A stretch of 64,000 nt of DNA, taken from positions 186,001 to 250,000 of IMG/VR virus record IMGVR_UViG_3300046692_000091, one strand, 5' to 3'. Positions 63,795 through 64,000 of the stretch are shown piece by piece. The notes under the pieces were generated by a model. The model did no database searches. It was not told the origin of the DNA and worked only from the letters and a program-made list of their open reading frames with translations. The first letter of the stretch is position 1, and every line of letters starts with the position of its first letter. A program made the position numbers and the translations under genes.

Positions 63795-64000
63795 ATGAAA
63801 CTCAACGAACCACAACTGATTTACTCCGTAATGGATTCGGCAGCAGGCATGAAGTTTGCTGCTCGATTCCTAGATGAGTCCACGCACAACCCCGAGAAAG
63901 ATTCCTGGGAAGAAAATGGAGTCCCTCTACGCAGGGCACTGGTGAATAAGTTCCAAAAGCTAGTGATGGATATATTCTGCGATGAATTATTCATGGAGAC
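63795..64000 (+). CDS. hypothetical protein, 5' part (truncated by window edge)
   Basis: SD AAGGA; ATG 63795; open to the window end. Confidence 0.65.
   Translation, partial: MKLNEPQLIYSVMDSAAGMKFAARFLDESTHNPEKDSWEENGVPLRRALVNKFQKLVMDIFCDELFME

Noticed and set aside
55295-64000. Chimallin (nuclear shell) or RNAP subunit genes near phuZ
   Set aside because: No ORF of suitable size or recognisable motif in the window; nucleus formation is inferred only from PhuZ and synteny.

Overview
A 64-kb segment of a phiKZ-like jumbo myophage genome, probably Chimalliviridae and probably Pseudomonas-infecting (inferred from PhuZ tubulin, phiKZ-type gene order and a Pseudomonas-type PL7 lyase). Layout: 1-9.3 kb, small + strand hypothetical and membrane genes; 9.4-31 kb, a minus-strand block with rtcB, an RlmN-like radical SAM enzyme, 10 canonical tRNAs, lectin-like and Kelch proteins, a PL7 alginate lyase, internal-head-type proteins and nrdB/nrdA; 31-34.6 kb, DHFR and hypotheticals; 34.7-45.6 kb, terminase large subunit, virion proteins, tail sheath and tail tube; 45.7-64 kb, early and conserved genes including phuZ. 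The main unexplained signals are: (1) a candidate RNA system around rtcB, with an ~850-nt ORF-free, helix-rich RNA, an ~300-nt RNA, three tRNA-like RNAs with enlarged anticodon arms, a circularly permuted tRNA-like fold and several multibranch RNAs, served by a 22-bp promoter-like motif seen only upstream of non-coding RNA; (2) a candidate programmed -1 frameshift (G GGA AAG, 6-nt spacer, 50-nt stem-loop) that would add a third homologous module to an SNE-punctuated head polyprotein; (3) a five-gene tandem array of ATGA-coupled microprotein paralogs. All RNA structures and homologies were read by eye, with no folding or database search. Several starts were moved from the ORF track to downstream ATGs where a Shine-Dalgarno (SD) sequence or gene coupling supports it.
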